The position numbers were made by a program, and so were the translations under genes. Below the pieces are notes generated by a model. It saw only the letters and a program-made list of their open reading frames with translations, was not told where the DNA came from and did not search any database. Of a stretch of DNA of 64,000 bases, positions 29,712 through 38,000 are shown in pieces. Position 1 is the stretch's first letter; every line of letters starts with the position of its first letter. The stretch is from assembly GCA_026707815.1 (NCBI GenBank), contig JAPOWB010000009.1:70752-134751 (forward strand). The letters are read 5' to 3'. Source of the stretch: Candidatus Saccharimonadota bacterium (GTDB lineage Bacteria; Patescibacteriota; Saccharimonadia; Saccharimonadales; VXPC01).

Positions 29712-30110
29712 ATGAAAAAACGCCTCTTAGTTGTTGAAGATAATCAGGATTTGGCTGATATTTATCAGCTCAGCTTTCAACAGGCTGGTTTTGAAGTTTT
29801 AAGTGTTCATGATGGGGAGGAAGCTTTGAAGAAATTTGTTGATTTTCAACCTCATTTAGTCTTGTGCGATATTAAGCTACCAAGTTTATCTGGCTTTGAT
29901 ACCATAGAAATGATGCAAGGCTTTCCTGAATTAATGAAAAATACGGTTATTATCATTATTTCTGCCTATAGTGATAGAAAATTGATTAAACGAGCTCAAC
30001 AATTAGGTATTCCGACTGAGCGTTATCTGGTTAAGTCTCAGATTAGCATTAATCAGGTTGCTCAAGTTTTGCAAGGATATATTCCAGTCAATGAAGCTTC
30101 TACTAGCTAA
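29712..30110 (+). CDS. Single-domain response regulator (CheY-like receiver)
   Basis: LVVEDN, phospho-acceptor context VLCDIKLP, and a conserved Lys region. No output domain. Confidence 0.85.
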   Translation: MKKRLLVVEDNQDLADIYQLSFQQAGFEVLSVHDGEEALKKFVDFQPHLVLCDIKLPSLSGFDTIEMMQGFPELMKNTVIIIISAYSDRKLIKRAQQLGIPTERYLVKSQISINQVAQVLQGYIPVNEASTS

Positions 30111-30142
30111 TCGCATAGAGAAAAATTTAAGTTTTTTAAAAA

Positions 30143-31459
30143 ATGTCCGCTAAATCTCTGCCTACTATTGCCTTGGTTGGCTTGACTAATGTCGGTAAAA
30201 GCTCGGTTTTTAATCTACTGCTTAAAACAAGGCGGAATATTGTTGCTAGAGAAGCTGGAACCACTAGAGATTCCATTAGGGAACTTGTCGAAATTGCTCC
30301 TGATAAATATGCCTGGTTGATTGATACAGCTGGACTTAAAGATCCTGAAGATAATTTTGAAGCCACTATTCAAGCTCAAATCAATCTAGCTATTCAAACT
30401 GCTGATGTCATCTGTCTATTAGTTGAAGCCAACAGGATACTCAATCAACAAGATCGCTGGTTAGCTAAAGTTGCCTTAAAGAGTAAAAAAACTACCATTT
30501 TGATTATCAACAAATGGGATTTAAATTGGCAAGCCCGGGCTGATCAATTCTCTAAGCTAGGCATTAAAGATATTTTTTTTCTCAGCACGACTACAAAACA
30601 GGGTACAGATAAATTGCTGACATTTTTTGACCAGTTGTTAGACAAAATAAAGCCTAAAATAGCTCCCCAACCTATTAGACTGGCATTACTGGGAAGACCT
30701 AATGTCGGCAAGAGTGCCTTATTTAACTGTTTAGCTAAAAAACAGCAGGCTCTGGTCTCTGAAAGAGCTGGAACAACTCGTGATTTGAATCGTCAACAAG
30801 TCCGATTTAATCAGCAAACTCTAGAGCTTTTAGATACAGCTGGAATTAGAAGAGCGGGTAAAATTCAAGTTGGGGTGGAAAAATTTTCAGTTGGACGAAC
30901 ATTAATGGCTATCACCGAAAGTGATATATGTCTATTACTGGTTGATGTTAATGATTTAGCAGTGGCTACTGATCAGAAAATTGCTGGCATGGTCAAGGAA
31001 ACTGGCAAGGGTCTAATTATTGTAATCAGTAAATGGGATACTTTAGATAAAAACCGGACTGACACAGAATCAATTAAAAATAAAGTTCGTCAAGAATTTG
31101 ATTTTGTTCCATGGGCGAGCTTAATTTTCACCAGTGCAATTACTGGGCAAAATGTAACTAAGATCTTTGAGCTAAGCTTAAATATTTATGAGCGTCGCCA
31201 ACAAAATATTCCGACCCCTCAGCTAAATCGCTGTTTACAAAAAGCAATCAATTCACATCCCCCAGCTGGACTTAAAAGCACTCAACCTAAATTAAATTAC
31301 GCCGTTCAAATTGACAACAATCCACCGACCTTTCAATTTTTTGGCAGTTCGACCAAATATATTCATTGGAGTTATAAGAGATTCTTGGAAAGAAAAATTC
31401 GAGAAGAATTTGATTATCAGGGTAGTGGACTAATATTGGCTTTCAAGGAGAAGCACTAA
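30143..31459 (+). CDS. der: Ribosome-associated GTPase Der (EngA)
   Basis: Two tandem GTPase domains (GLTNVGKSS and GRPNVGKSA, each with DTAG and NKWD) plus a KH-like C-terminus. Confidence 0.9.
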   Translation: MSAKSLPTIALVGLTNVGKSSVFNLLLKTRRNIVAREAGTTRDSIRELVEIAPDKYAWLIDTAGLKDPEDNFEATIQAQINLAIQTADVICLLVEANRILNQQDRWLAKVALKSKKTTILIINKWDLNWQARADQFSKLGIKDIFFLSTTTKQGTDKLLTFFDQLLDKIKPKIAPQPIRLALLGRPNVGKSALFNCLAKKQQALVSERAGTTRDLNRQQVRFNQQTLELLDTAGIRRAGKIQVGVEKFSVGRTLMAITESDICLLLVDVNDLAVATDQKIAGMVKETGKGLIIVISKWDTLDKNRTDTESIKNKVRQEFDFVPWASLIFTSAITGQNVTKIFELSLNIYERRQQNIPTPQLNRCLQKAINSHPPAGLKSTQPKLNYAVQIDNNPPTFQFFGSSTKYIHWSYKRFLERKIREEFDYQGSGLILAFKEKH

Positions 31460-31460
31460 A

Positions 31461-32093
31461 ATGGCTATTATTCGCAAACAAACCATCGCTATTCCAGAAA
31501 TCGTTCCTTTCTATAGTAGTGGCTTAGAAAAAACTCGACTTTTCGTTGGTTTGGGTAATCCCGGACAACAATATCAGAACAATCGCCATAATATAGGCTT
31601 CATGTGCTTGAATAAATTTTGTGATCTCCACGAATTGACTTGGATTACAAAAAAGGATTTCCAAGTTGATTTAGCTCAAACCAATATTGCTGGCAGTCGA
31701 ATTATTCTCATCAAACCCCAAACGTATATGAATTTATCAGGACAAGCCGTCAGTAAAGTCTTGCAATTTTATAAGCTAAGCTTGGAGGAAACTTATATTA
31801 TTTATGATGAAATTAGGCTGAAATTAGGCTTAATCGAAATTTTAAAAACTAATAAAGATTATGGTCACAATGGTCTAAAGTCTCTTGGTCAATATTTAAG
31901 CAATGATCTGCATTTAATACGGACTGGCATTGGTCCAAAGCAACCCAGTAATATAGATTTAACTCAATTTGTCTTAAGTGATTTCACTAAATCTCAGATA
32001 CCGATAGTCAATAAAATAGCTCAAGAAATCAGCAGTCTGATTGGTGAAACAAGTTATATGGATTTAGTAGATGAAAGAATAACTGTGTTCTGA
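31461..32093 (+). CDS. pth: Peptidyl-tRNA hydrolase
   Basis: LFVGLGNPGQQYQNNRHNIGF and GHNGLKS motifs. Confidence 0.9.
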   Translation: MAIIRKQTIAIPEIVPFYSSGLEKTRLFVGLGNPGQQYQNNRHNIGFMCLNKFCDLHELTWITKKDFQVDLAQTNIAGSRIILIKPQTYMNLSGQAVSKVLQFYKLSLEETYIIYDEIRLKLGLIEILKTNKDYGHNGLKSLGQYLSNDLHLIRTGIGPKQPSNIDLTQFVLSDFTKSQIPIVNKIAQEISSLIGETSYMDLVDERITVF

Positions 32094-32357
32094 TTAATCT
32101 ATATAGTCTGATCCATCGGCGGGTTTGATTTTTTTAAGAATAATTAAGACCGCATCAACTATCGCCCAAATACCTAAGCCTCCAAGAGTGAAGAGTTTTA
32201 AAATCCCCAAACCAACATAGCCCAAATACATACGATCAACCCCTAGACCTCCAACGAAATAGGTCAAAAGAAGTGTTACTGTATAACTCTTGCCTGAATT
32301 TTGTTGAGGCAAATTCACGGGTTGCTGATTCATCGCATTATTTTGATTAATATTCAT
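32094..32357 (-). CDS. TM2 domain-containing membrane protein
   Basis: [30 protein letters not shown] is the typical TM2 two-helix pattern. Confidence 0.75.
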   Translation of the reverse strand: MNINQNNAMNQQPVNLPQQNSGKSYTVTLLLTYFVGGLGVDRMYLGYVGLGILKLFTLGGLGIWAIVDAVLIILKKIKPADGSDYID

Positions 32358-32436
32358 AAACTAAGAAACTCCTTCTTCTAAAAATTTGATAATTATTTGT
32401 TAAGCATACTAAAATTAAATCTTATTGACAATAAAT

Positions 32437-32511
32437 GACCTCATCGTCTAACGGTTAGGACGCCAGGTTCTCAGTCTGGAAATCGGGGTTCAATTCCCCG
32501 TGAGGTCACCA
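32437..32511 (+). tRNA. tRNA-Glu (anticodon CTC)
   Basis: Hand-folded. Acceptor GACCTCA/TGAGGTC, anticodon stem CCAGG/TCTGG with loop TTCTCAG, T-arm CGGGG-TTCAATT-CCCCG, encoded CCA. Confidence 0.9.
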
Positions 32512-32543
32512 GAGGTGTCAATTTGAGATTTTGAAACGGCAGG

Positions 32544-32667
32544 CTGAGCTGTACGAAGATGCCAAGTGGCAAAGCCTCATTAGAATATTGGAGCCATCCA
32601 ACCCAAACTCCCCCGATTAGCTTGGGTTGGATGACATCGGCGGCCGGCTTTAGCTCAAAGTGTCGAT
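32544..32667. repeat. Left 124-bp terminal inverted repeat (54-nt outer arm, 33-nt hairpin, 37-nt inner arm)
   Basis: Outer arm 32544-32597, hairpin 32598-32630 (CCAACCCAAAC TCCCCCGATTA GCTTGGGTTGG), inner arm 32631-32667. Confidence 0.95.
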
Positions 32668-32669
32668 TG

Positions 32670-32876
32670 CTAGCCGGTATGACAGGGGTTGACGCAGTAA
32701 TAGCAACCGTTTGCTTGGGAGAAGTATTTCTTAGCTTCTCTTACGGCAGCCCAACAATTAGAGAATGTTCCCAAATATATCCTATTTTCTGGATTCGGGC
32801 AGTGAGAACATGAAGGCACATGAACCTCATGATCACCATTGCTTTGAGCATTTCTATTGACGTAGTAAAGCAACAT
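32670..32876 (-). CDS. Small Cys/His-rich protein (68 aa), conserved hypothetical
   Basis: YYVNRNAQSNGDHEVHVPSCSHCP...NGCYYCVNPCHTG has paired C/H clusters suggesting a zinc-binding fold. I recall similar unannotated small proteins in diverse bacteria. Confidence 0.55.
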   Translation of the reverse strand: MLLYYVNRNAQSNGDHEVHVPSCSHCPNPENRIYLGTFSNCWAAVREAKKYFSQANGCYYCVNPCHTG

Positions 32877-32880
32877 GTTT

Positions 32881-33051
32881 TTACCCTTCCTTCCTAACCC
32901 CCTTAAAGGGTTTCTTATCTGCTTTTACATCCATGAACTTCCCGGTCACACTATCCCTTTTAATCCACCGATTATTTTTTGGGTTTTTAGCCTGAGAACG
33001 ACTACGCACCGCCCCTCTGCGTCCAGGTCCCTTGGGTGGATTCTTAGCCAT
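32881..33051 (-). CDS. Small basic protein (56 aa), conserved hypothetical
   Basis: My own translation (below the ORF-track cutoff): MAKNPPKGPGRRGAVRSRSQAKNPKNNRWIKRDSVTGKFMDVKADKKPFKGVRKEG. It ends 4 nt upstream of the 68-aa gene. The antisense 90-aa ORF in the track is rejected. Confidence 0.5.
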   Translation of the reverse strand: MAKNPPKGPGRRGAVRSRSQAKNPKNNRWIKRDSVTGKFMDVKADKKPFKGVRKEG

Positions 33052-33191
33052 CTATGCAGCCTCCCTGTCTGCTGTATAAAAATATTTCATTACGTACAAT
33101 TCTATCGATCTTTGAAGCTCTGGTCAAGAAAAAATAAAATTCAATAAATTTTCTTTACAAAGCATATAGGCTTTGATATACTGCGCCTACT

Positions 33192-33851
33192 ATGCATTAT
33201 ATTCAGGAGCTTATGCTTCAGATAAACCTTGAAAGAAACATCTCCGACATGAAGTTGAGTGAACTCAGGGATTTGACAGGAGTGAAACACTTGCAACAAG
33301 TTAAGCATCACCGTAACATGCTGATTACTAAAGGCCTGCTTTCCAAACAGGAACAAGCTAAACAGGCGTTTGGCCAAACCGATATCTTGGGAGGGAAGTC
33401 CCAGCTCATTAACATCCCTATTATGGGGGCTGTAAATGCTGGAGTTGCTTCTGTGTACGCAGAAGGCAAAGTGGAAGACTATCTCAGAATCTCTTCCGAA
33501 AAATTGCCTGTGAGGCATAAAAAAACATTGTATGCACTTAGGGTCGTGGGCAATTCAATGGATAAAGCCTGCATAGGGCCTAATAAGCTCAATATTGAAA
33601 ACGGAGATTATGTTATAGCGGACGGCGATCAATACACTCCCCAATCCGGAGATTATGTCATTTCTCTGATTAACGGTCTGGCCAATGTTAAAAAACTTAT
33701 TATTGACAGCAATGAGGGTCAAGTAGTTCTCGTTTCCGAATCGAGCGGTGATTATCCTCCCATCATTTTGGATATAGACGATCAAATGGACTATATGGCA
33801 CAATCCAAGGTTCTACACGTAATCAAGGTGGGTGCTGTAGCTGGAGTGTAG
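33192..33851 (+). CDS. LexA-like repressor (winged-helix DNA-binding domain plus S24 self-cleaving peptidase domain)
   Basis: The N-terminal LSELRDLTGVKHLQQVKHHRNMLITKGLL resembles the LexA DNA-binding domain. GAVNAGVAS is a possible A-G cleavage site. Catalytic GNSM (Ser) and VKKL (Lys) are at S24 spacing. Confidence 0.75.
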   Translation: MHYIQELMLQINLERNISDMKLSELRDLTGVKHLQQVKHHRNMLITKGLLSKQEQAKQAFGQTDILGGKSQLINIPIMGAVNAGVASVYAEGKVEDYLRISSEKLPVRHKKTLYALRVVGNSMDKACIGPNKLNIENGDYVIADGDQYTPQSGDYVISLINGLANVKKLIIDSNEGQVVLVSESSGDYPPIILDIDDQMDYMAQSKVLHVIKVGAVAGV

Positions 33852-33853
33852 AA

Positions 33854-34843
33854 ATGGGAACACAGACACAAATACTGTTAGGAAATGAAGAGGATGCACA
33901 AGCGTCACAGTTGCCATCTTTTGACGCACAAAGAGATTTCTTCCTGAGCTCACTGAGAAGCAATGGATCAATGCGCTACAAACGTTATACAGCTTCTCCA
34001 CTGCGTTATGCCGGTGGTAAAAGCTTGGCGGTGGGATTCGTTGCGGAATTATTGCCTGATCAGCTAAAACGAATAGTATGTCCTTTCATGGGTGGCGGTT
34101 CCGTTGAGGTTGCTTGCTCCAAGACACTGGGATTAGAGATAATTGCCTACGATATATTTGACATACTATGCACCTATTGGCAAATACAAATTGATGACCC
34201 CAAAGAACTAGCCCGTCGCCTGCGCCAACTGAAGCCTACGCGGGAAACTTTCAAGGAGATCAAGACTGTCCTGAAACAGCATTGGGATTCTGAGATTCGA
34301 TTGGATAGATATGACTTGGCGACTCATTATTACTTCAATGCCAATACTTCTTACGGTCCGCACTTCCTGGGTTCTCCCAGCAGCGTTTATTTGCAAGAGG
34401 ATCGCTATAAGAAGCTTGTGGATAAGGTAGAAAATTTCGATGCGGGTTCTTTGAGAGTGCAATGCTTGGGATTCGAACAGTCAATTCCCAGACATAAAAA
34501 TGATTTCCTATATTGCGACCCTCCTTACTATCTGAACGATGGCAAGATGTTCGTTGGCATGTATCCACACAGGAATTTCCCAGTCCACCATAATAATTTC
34601 AACCACGAATTGCTCAGAGATTTGTTGTTGTCTCACAAGGGCGGTTTCATTTTGTCGTACAACGACTGCGAAACAATTCGCAAATGGTACGCGGGTTGTA
34701 ATATGACTACCCCTAAATGGCAATATACTTTTGGTCAGGGCGATACTAGGATAGGTGAGAATAGGGTTAAGTCTAACGGCGGTTCCCATATAAAGAAATC
34801 CCATGAATTACTGATTTGGAGACATCCCAATGAATGCAGGTAG
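33854..34843 (+). CDS. N6-adenine DNA methyltransferase, Dam-like (D12 class)
   Basis: LRYAGGKS (AdoMet-binding region) and FLYCDPPYY (DPPY catalytic motif) in alpha-class order. The start is 2 nt after the lexA-like stop. Confidence 0.85.
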   Translation: MGTQTQILLGNEEDAQASQLPSFDAQRDFFLSSLRSNGSMRYKRYTASPLRYAGGKSLAVGFVAELLPDQLKRIVCPFMGGGSVEVACSKTLGLEIIAYDIFDILCTYWQIQIDDPKELARRLRQLKPTRETFKEIKTVLKQHWDSEIRLDRYDLATHYYFNANTSYGPHFLGSPSSVYLQEDRYKKLVDKVENFDAGSLRVQCLGFEQSIPRHKNDFLYCDPPYYLNDGKMFVGMYPHRNFPVHHNNFNHELLRDLLLSHKGGFILSYNDCETIRKWYAGCNMTTPKWQYTFGQGDTRIGENRVKSNGGSHIKKSHELLIWRHPNECR

Positions 34844-35615
34844 AAGGGATGGAACTTCAGATCAGGCCCGTCAGTACCGTCAACGAGGCCATGATGCCGC
34901 TTTAGAGTTTGCGAAGTGCCTAGACTTGGATGAAGACTATAAGAACGATAGAAAAGCCAAAAAAGATGTGGTCGACCCATCCGGGGATGCTCATTCGGTC
35001 AAGTCCGGCGAGAAGAAATGGCAAATTTTTCTCTATGGCAGAAATAGATTTGAGCGGGATGATGGTTTTCAAGCTCTAAACGGAGTAGGCTCTCTCCTGA
35101 TTCACTGCATTGACGCGTTTCCTCCCAAGTATAAAGACTATGAAGACAACAAGGATGCGGCCAAGGAAAGGCTGCGCACTCCAATGCGCGAGCTCAAAGA
35201 CAGATTCCAGAGGAAAGCCCTGCTGAGAGCCTTCCTGATGAAATCGATTTTCAACGGAGGCGAAGTGGACTATTTGACCATTAAGCGTGATGATGGCAAT
35301 TTCCATGTATATAAAAATATCGATATAGTTGCCACGCTGGCAGATTCTTTCATCGTGGAGAATTCCGCATTAAAAGGTAAGGGAACCAAACCTGAACAGA
35401 AAGTCCTTTTTAAATATAAGGATCGCAATGTCGGGGAGCTAGAAATGCGCAACGACAGCGCACAACACTACGGCGAAGTCAGATTTAATATGTCGATCCA
35501 GCCTTTCGTGCAACTACTGGATGACGATCCATTACAAATCTTTTCGGACATAAAAAAGCACGTGCCCAAAGTAATAAGCCACGGTAAAGCAACCAAGACA
35601 TTCTACAGATGGTAA
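34830..35615 (+). CDS. Putative type II restriction endonuclease, cognate to the Dam-like methylase
   Basis: 14-nt overlap with the methylase gene. A candidate PD-(D/E)XK core lies in DVVDPSGDAHSVKSGEKKW. No specific family recognised. Confidence 0.5.
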   Translation: MNAGRRDGTSDQARQYRQRGHDAALEFAKCLDLDEDYKNDRKAKKDVVDPSGDAHSVKSGEKKWQIFLYGRNRFERDDGFQALNGVGSLLIHCIDAFPPKYKDYEDNKDAAKERLRTPMRELKDRFQRKALLRAFLMKSIFNGGEVDYLTIKRDDGNFHVYKNIDIVATLADSFIVENSALKGKGTKPEQKVLFKYKDRNVGELEMRNDSAQHYGEVRFNMSIQPFVQLLDDDPLQIFSDIKKHVPKVISHGKATKTFYRW

Positions 35616-35656
35616 ATGGCTGGTCACGGGAGATATTTAGAAGCAGCAATACCGGG

Positions 35657-35780
35657 ATCGACACTTTGAGCTAAAGCCGGCCGCTGATGTCATCTAACCC
35701 AAGCTCCCCCGATTAGCTTGGGTTGGATGGCTCCAATATTCTAATGAGGCTTTGCCACTTGGCATCTTCGTACAGCTCAG
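35657..35780. repeat. Right 124-bp terminal inverted repeat (37-nt inner arm, 33-nt hairpin, 54-nt outer arm)
   Basis: Inner arm 35657-35693 is the reverse complement of the left inner arm with 1 mismatch. Hairpin 35694-35726 is CTAACCCAAGC TCCCCCGATTA GCTTGGGTTGG. Outer arm 35727-35780 is an exact reverse complement of the left outer arm. Confidence 0.95.
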
Positions 35781-36029
35781 ACGCCAAGGTTAGAAATCGC
35801 TCAGTATACTCCTCACCATAAGAGATTTGTTGGAACCGATTGCCTCAAAAACGGGATTTAACTGATGAGATTTTCCGTTTTGGGCGGTTCCGCTTAGCAA
35901 ATCTTGGCAATCACAGAGAGTGCAACATATTGCATTTAACCTCGGTTAGGCAACCCTCATAGTTACACATTGTGTTTTGGCGGGTGAAATAATAGAATAA
36001 TACCGATTACCGAGACAGATAAATAGGCA

Positions 36030-38000
36030 ATGAGGATAAATAAGCTAAAGATAAAAAATTACAGGTTGCTGAGAGACTTCGAGCTGAATTTAGAAGATAA
36101 TTTATCTCTTTTAGTCGGAAAAAATAATACAGGGAAAACATCCTTGCTTTCCCTGTTTGAGAAATTTCTGATTAACGCCCATTTTGAATTTGAGGACATC
36201 AATGTTGAACTTCAGAAAAGGATAAGCAAGGATTTTGAAAGAGAAGACATAGAAGAAGGTTATCTCGAAGGTATAGAATTAAAAATTTATATAGAGTACG
36301 ACCGGGAAGATAATCTAGCAAATCTATCAAAATTTATGCTCAATTTAGATCCTGAGGAAAACCTTGTCGTATTGCAGTTCAATTACAAGATTAACTCACA
36401 AGATATATCAAACATAAAGCAAGAGATGGAAGTTACATCTAACAAAGATGTAATCAAGTATTTAAAGAAATACCATAGGGACCACTTTAAGCGTTATGTG
36501 CGAGCACTTGAAGCCAGTAACGAGGATAATTATGTGGCCGTAGAAGAGCGAGAGTGCGTGCGCAAACTACTTCGAATCCAAACCATTAGCGCAAATAGGG
36601 GTATTGCCAGTTCAGGCAGCAGCAGGATGGCAAAGAATCAAAGACTTTCTGGATTATCCTCCAATTACTACAAAAAAATAGAAGATATTTCTAAAAATCC
36701 CGACATTCAAGAATTGAGGAATTCTCTGTCTCAAGCAGATGAAAAATTCACCACAGCCTACAAGGGTATTTTTAGTGACCTTGTAGAGAAGATCCGGAAA
36801 TTTGGCGGTATACAGGAAGGGGAGTCTGCGATACAGATAATATCCTCACTAAGTGGGGTAGATATATTGGAAAACAATACCTCTGTTATATATGATCACG
36901 ATGGCTACAAGCTTCCAGAGAATTATAATGGGTTAGGTTATATGAATTTAATCGCTATGATATTTGAAATAGCTATTAAACTTAAAAATTTTGAAGAATC
37001 TCCTCCTTCCGATATATGCCTGCTTTTCATTGAGGAGCCTGAAGTGCATACACATCCCCAGATGCAGCGTGTATTTATCAAAAACATTAAGGAATTGTTG
37101 AATGTCGAGAATTTTTTCTTGCAAACAATAATGAGCACCCACTCTTCCCATATTGCGTCAGAGAGCAATTTTGATGATATCAAATATCTGCTGAGAGAGT
37201 CTAAATCTGTCGTGAGAGCAAAGGATCTCAAGCAATTGAAAGAAGCATACGAGAATGATCAATACGAGTTTTTGAAAAAATACCTCACATTAACTAGAGC
37301 TGAACTATTTTTCGCGGATAAAGTAATTCTCATAGAGGGTGATACCGAACGAATTATACTGCCAACAATGATAGAGAAGATAGATTTGGAATCTGGTGGT
37401 ATTGATAAAGCACACCTGTCTTCACAAAATATATCAATCGTAGAGGTGGGAGCGCATGCACATGTGTTTGAAAAACTTGTAGCCTTTCTAAACATTAAAG
37501 GTCTAGTAATAACTGATTTGGACGCAGTTAACGCGGAGGGGGCATGTCCCGTGCGTGAAGGTGTGAGAACGTCTAACGCATCTTTAAAGCATTTTTTTAG
37601 CCAAGATAAATTAGAGTATTTCCTAGATCTCTCATTGGAAAAACGAATATGCAAACCGAAAATGAGCAGCAGTGAACCAGAAGACTCAAGTAGCAAACTT
37701 TTGATTGCTTATCAATCTAAAGAGAGTGGGGGTGATTACTGCCCGCGTAGCTTTGAAGATGCTTTCATTGATATTAATGTAGATTTTATAAAAGCCAACT
37801 TAAAAAGATTTAATAGTTTGAAGAATAAAGATTATTTTAATGAAGCAAATAGGGAAGCGCACGAATTGGCTGAGTGCATAAAAAAGAAGACCGATTTCGC
37901 AATAGATATAATTTATTGCAGCAATGCGGAATATGGCAACTGGAATATTCCCCACTATATAAGAGAAGGGCTCCTGTGGCTACGTGGCGCAGATGAATGA
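36030..38000 (+). CDS. gajA: OLD-family ATP-dependent endonuclease (ABC-type ATPase plus Toprim), GajA-like
   Basis: N-terminal INKLKIKNYRLLRDFELNL...LLVGKNNTGKTSLL (Walker A), LLFIEEPEVHTHPQ (Walker B / D-loop region), and Toprim VILIEGDTERIILP with VITDLDA. Confidence 0.8.
   Translation: MRINKLKIKNYRLLRDFELNLEDNLSLLVGKNNTGKTSLLSLFEKFLINAHFEFEDINVELQKRISKDFEREDIEEGYLEGIELKIYIEYDREDNLANLSKFMLNLDPEENLVVLQFNYKINSQDISNIKQEMEVTSNKDVIKYLKKYHRDHFKRYVRALEASNEDNYVAVEERECVRKLLRIQTISANRGIASSGSSRMAKNQRLSGLSSNYYKKIEDISKNPDIQELRNSLSQADEKFTTAYKGIFSDLVEKIRKFGGIQEGESAIQIISSLSGVDILENNTSVIYDHDGYKLPENYNGLGYMNLIAMIFEIAIKLKNFEESPPSDICLLFIEEPEVHTHPQMQRVFIKNIKELLNVENFFLQTIMSTHSSHIASESNFDDIKYLLRESKSVVRAKDLKQLKEAYENDQYEFLKKYLTLTRAELFFADKVILIEGDTERIILPTMIEKIDLESGGIDKAHLSSQNISIVEVGAHAHVFEKLVAFLNIKGLVITDLDAVNAEGACPVREGVRTSNASLKHFFSQDKLEYFLDLSLEKRICKPKMSSSEPEDSSSKLLIAYQSKESGGDYCPRSFEDAFIDINVDFIKANLKRFNSLKNKDYFNEANREAHELAECIKKKTDFAIDIIYCSNAEYGNWNIPHYIREGLLWLRGADE

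Larger units (their letters stand above)
32544..35780. mobile_element. 3.2-kb G+C-richer cassette bounded by 124-bp inverted repeats: two small genes, a LexA-like repressor, a Dam-like methylase and a putative endonuclease. No transposase.
   Basis: Terminal repeats read directly from the sequence. The cargo fits tightly between them (3 nt and 41 nt gaps). Composition is visibly more G+C-rich than the flanks. It lies 32 bp downstream of tRNA-Glu. Flanking ACGGCAGG / ACGCCAAGG could be a degenerate target duplication. Confidence 0.6.

Noticed and set aside
32598-32630. The hairpin stems end in ATCCAAC ... GTTGGAT (ATCTAAC in the right copy), which fit the integron attC inverse-core/core patterns RYYYAAC / GTTRRRY
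   Set aside because: Not adopted as an attC call. The hairpin is shorter than known attC sites. I cannot identify the characteristic extrahelical bases. There is no intI gene or cassette array in the window. A 7-nt degenerate match is weak. It is kept only as an idea to test under the main finding.
32559-33518. ORFs 32559..32813 (+), 32875..33147 (+) and 33141..33518 (-)
   Set aside because: The first runs through the non-coding terminal repeat and is antisense to the 68-aa gene. The second is antisense to the 56-aa basic-protein gene. The third is antisense to the LexA-like gene. All arise because this block is G+C-richer and stop-poor.
33555-35452. Eight antisense ORFs within the LexA-like, methylase and endonuclease genes (33555.., 33813.., 34208.., 34335.., 34508.., 34735.., 34999.., 35076.., 35270..)
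   Set aside because: They overlap motif-supported genes (GNSM/KKL, DPPY) on the other strand, and none has recognisable features.
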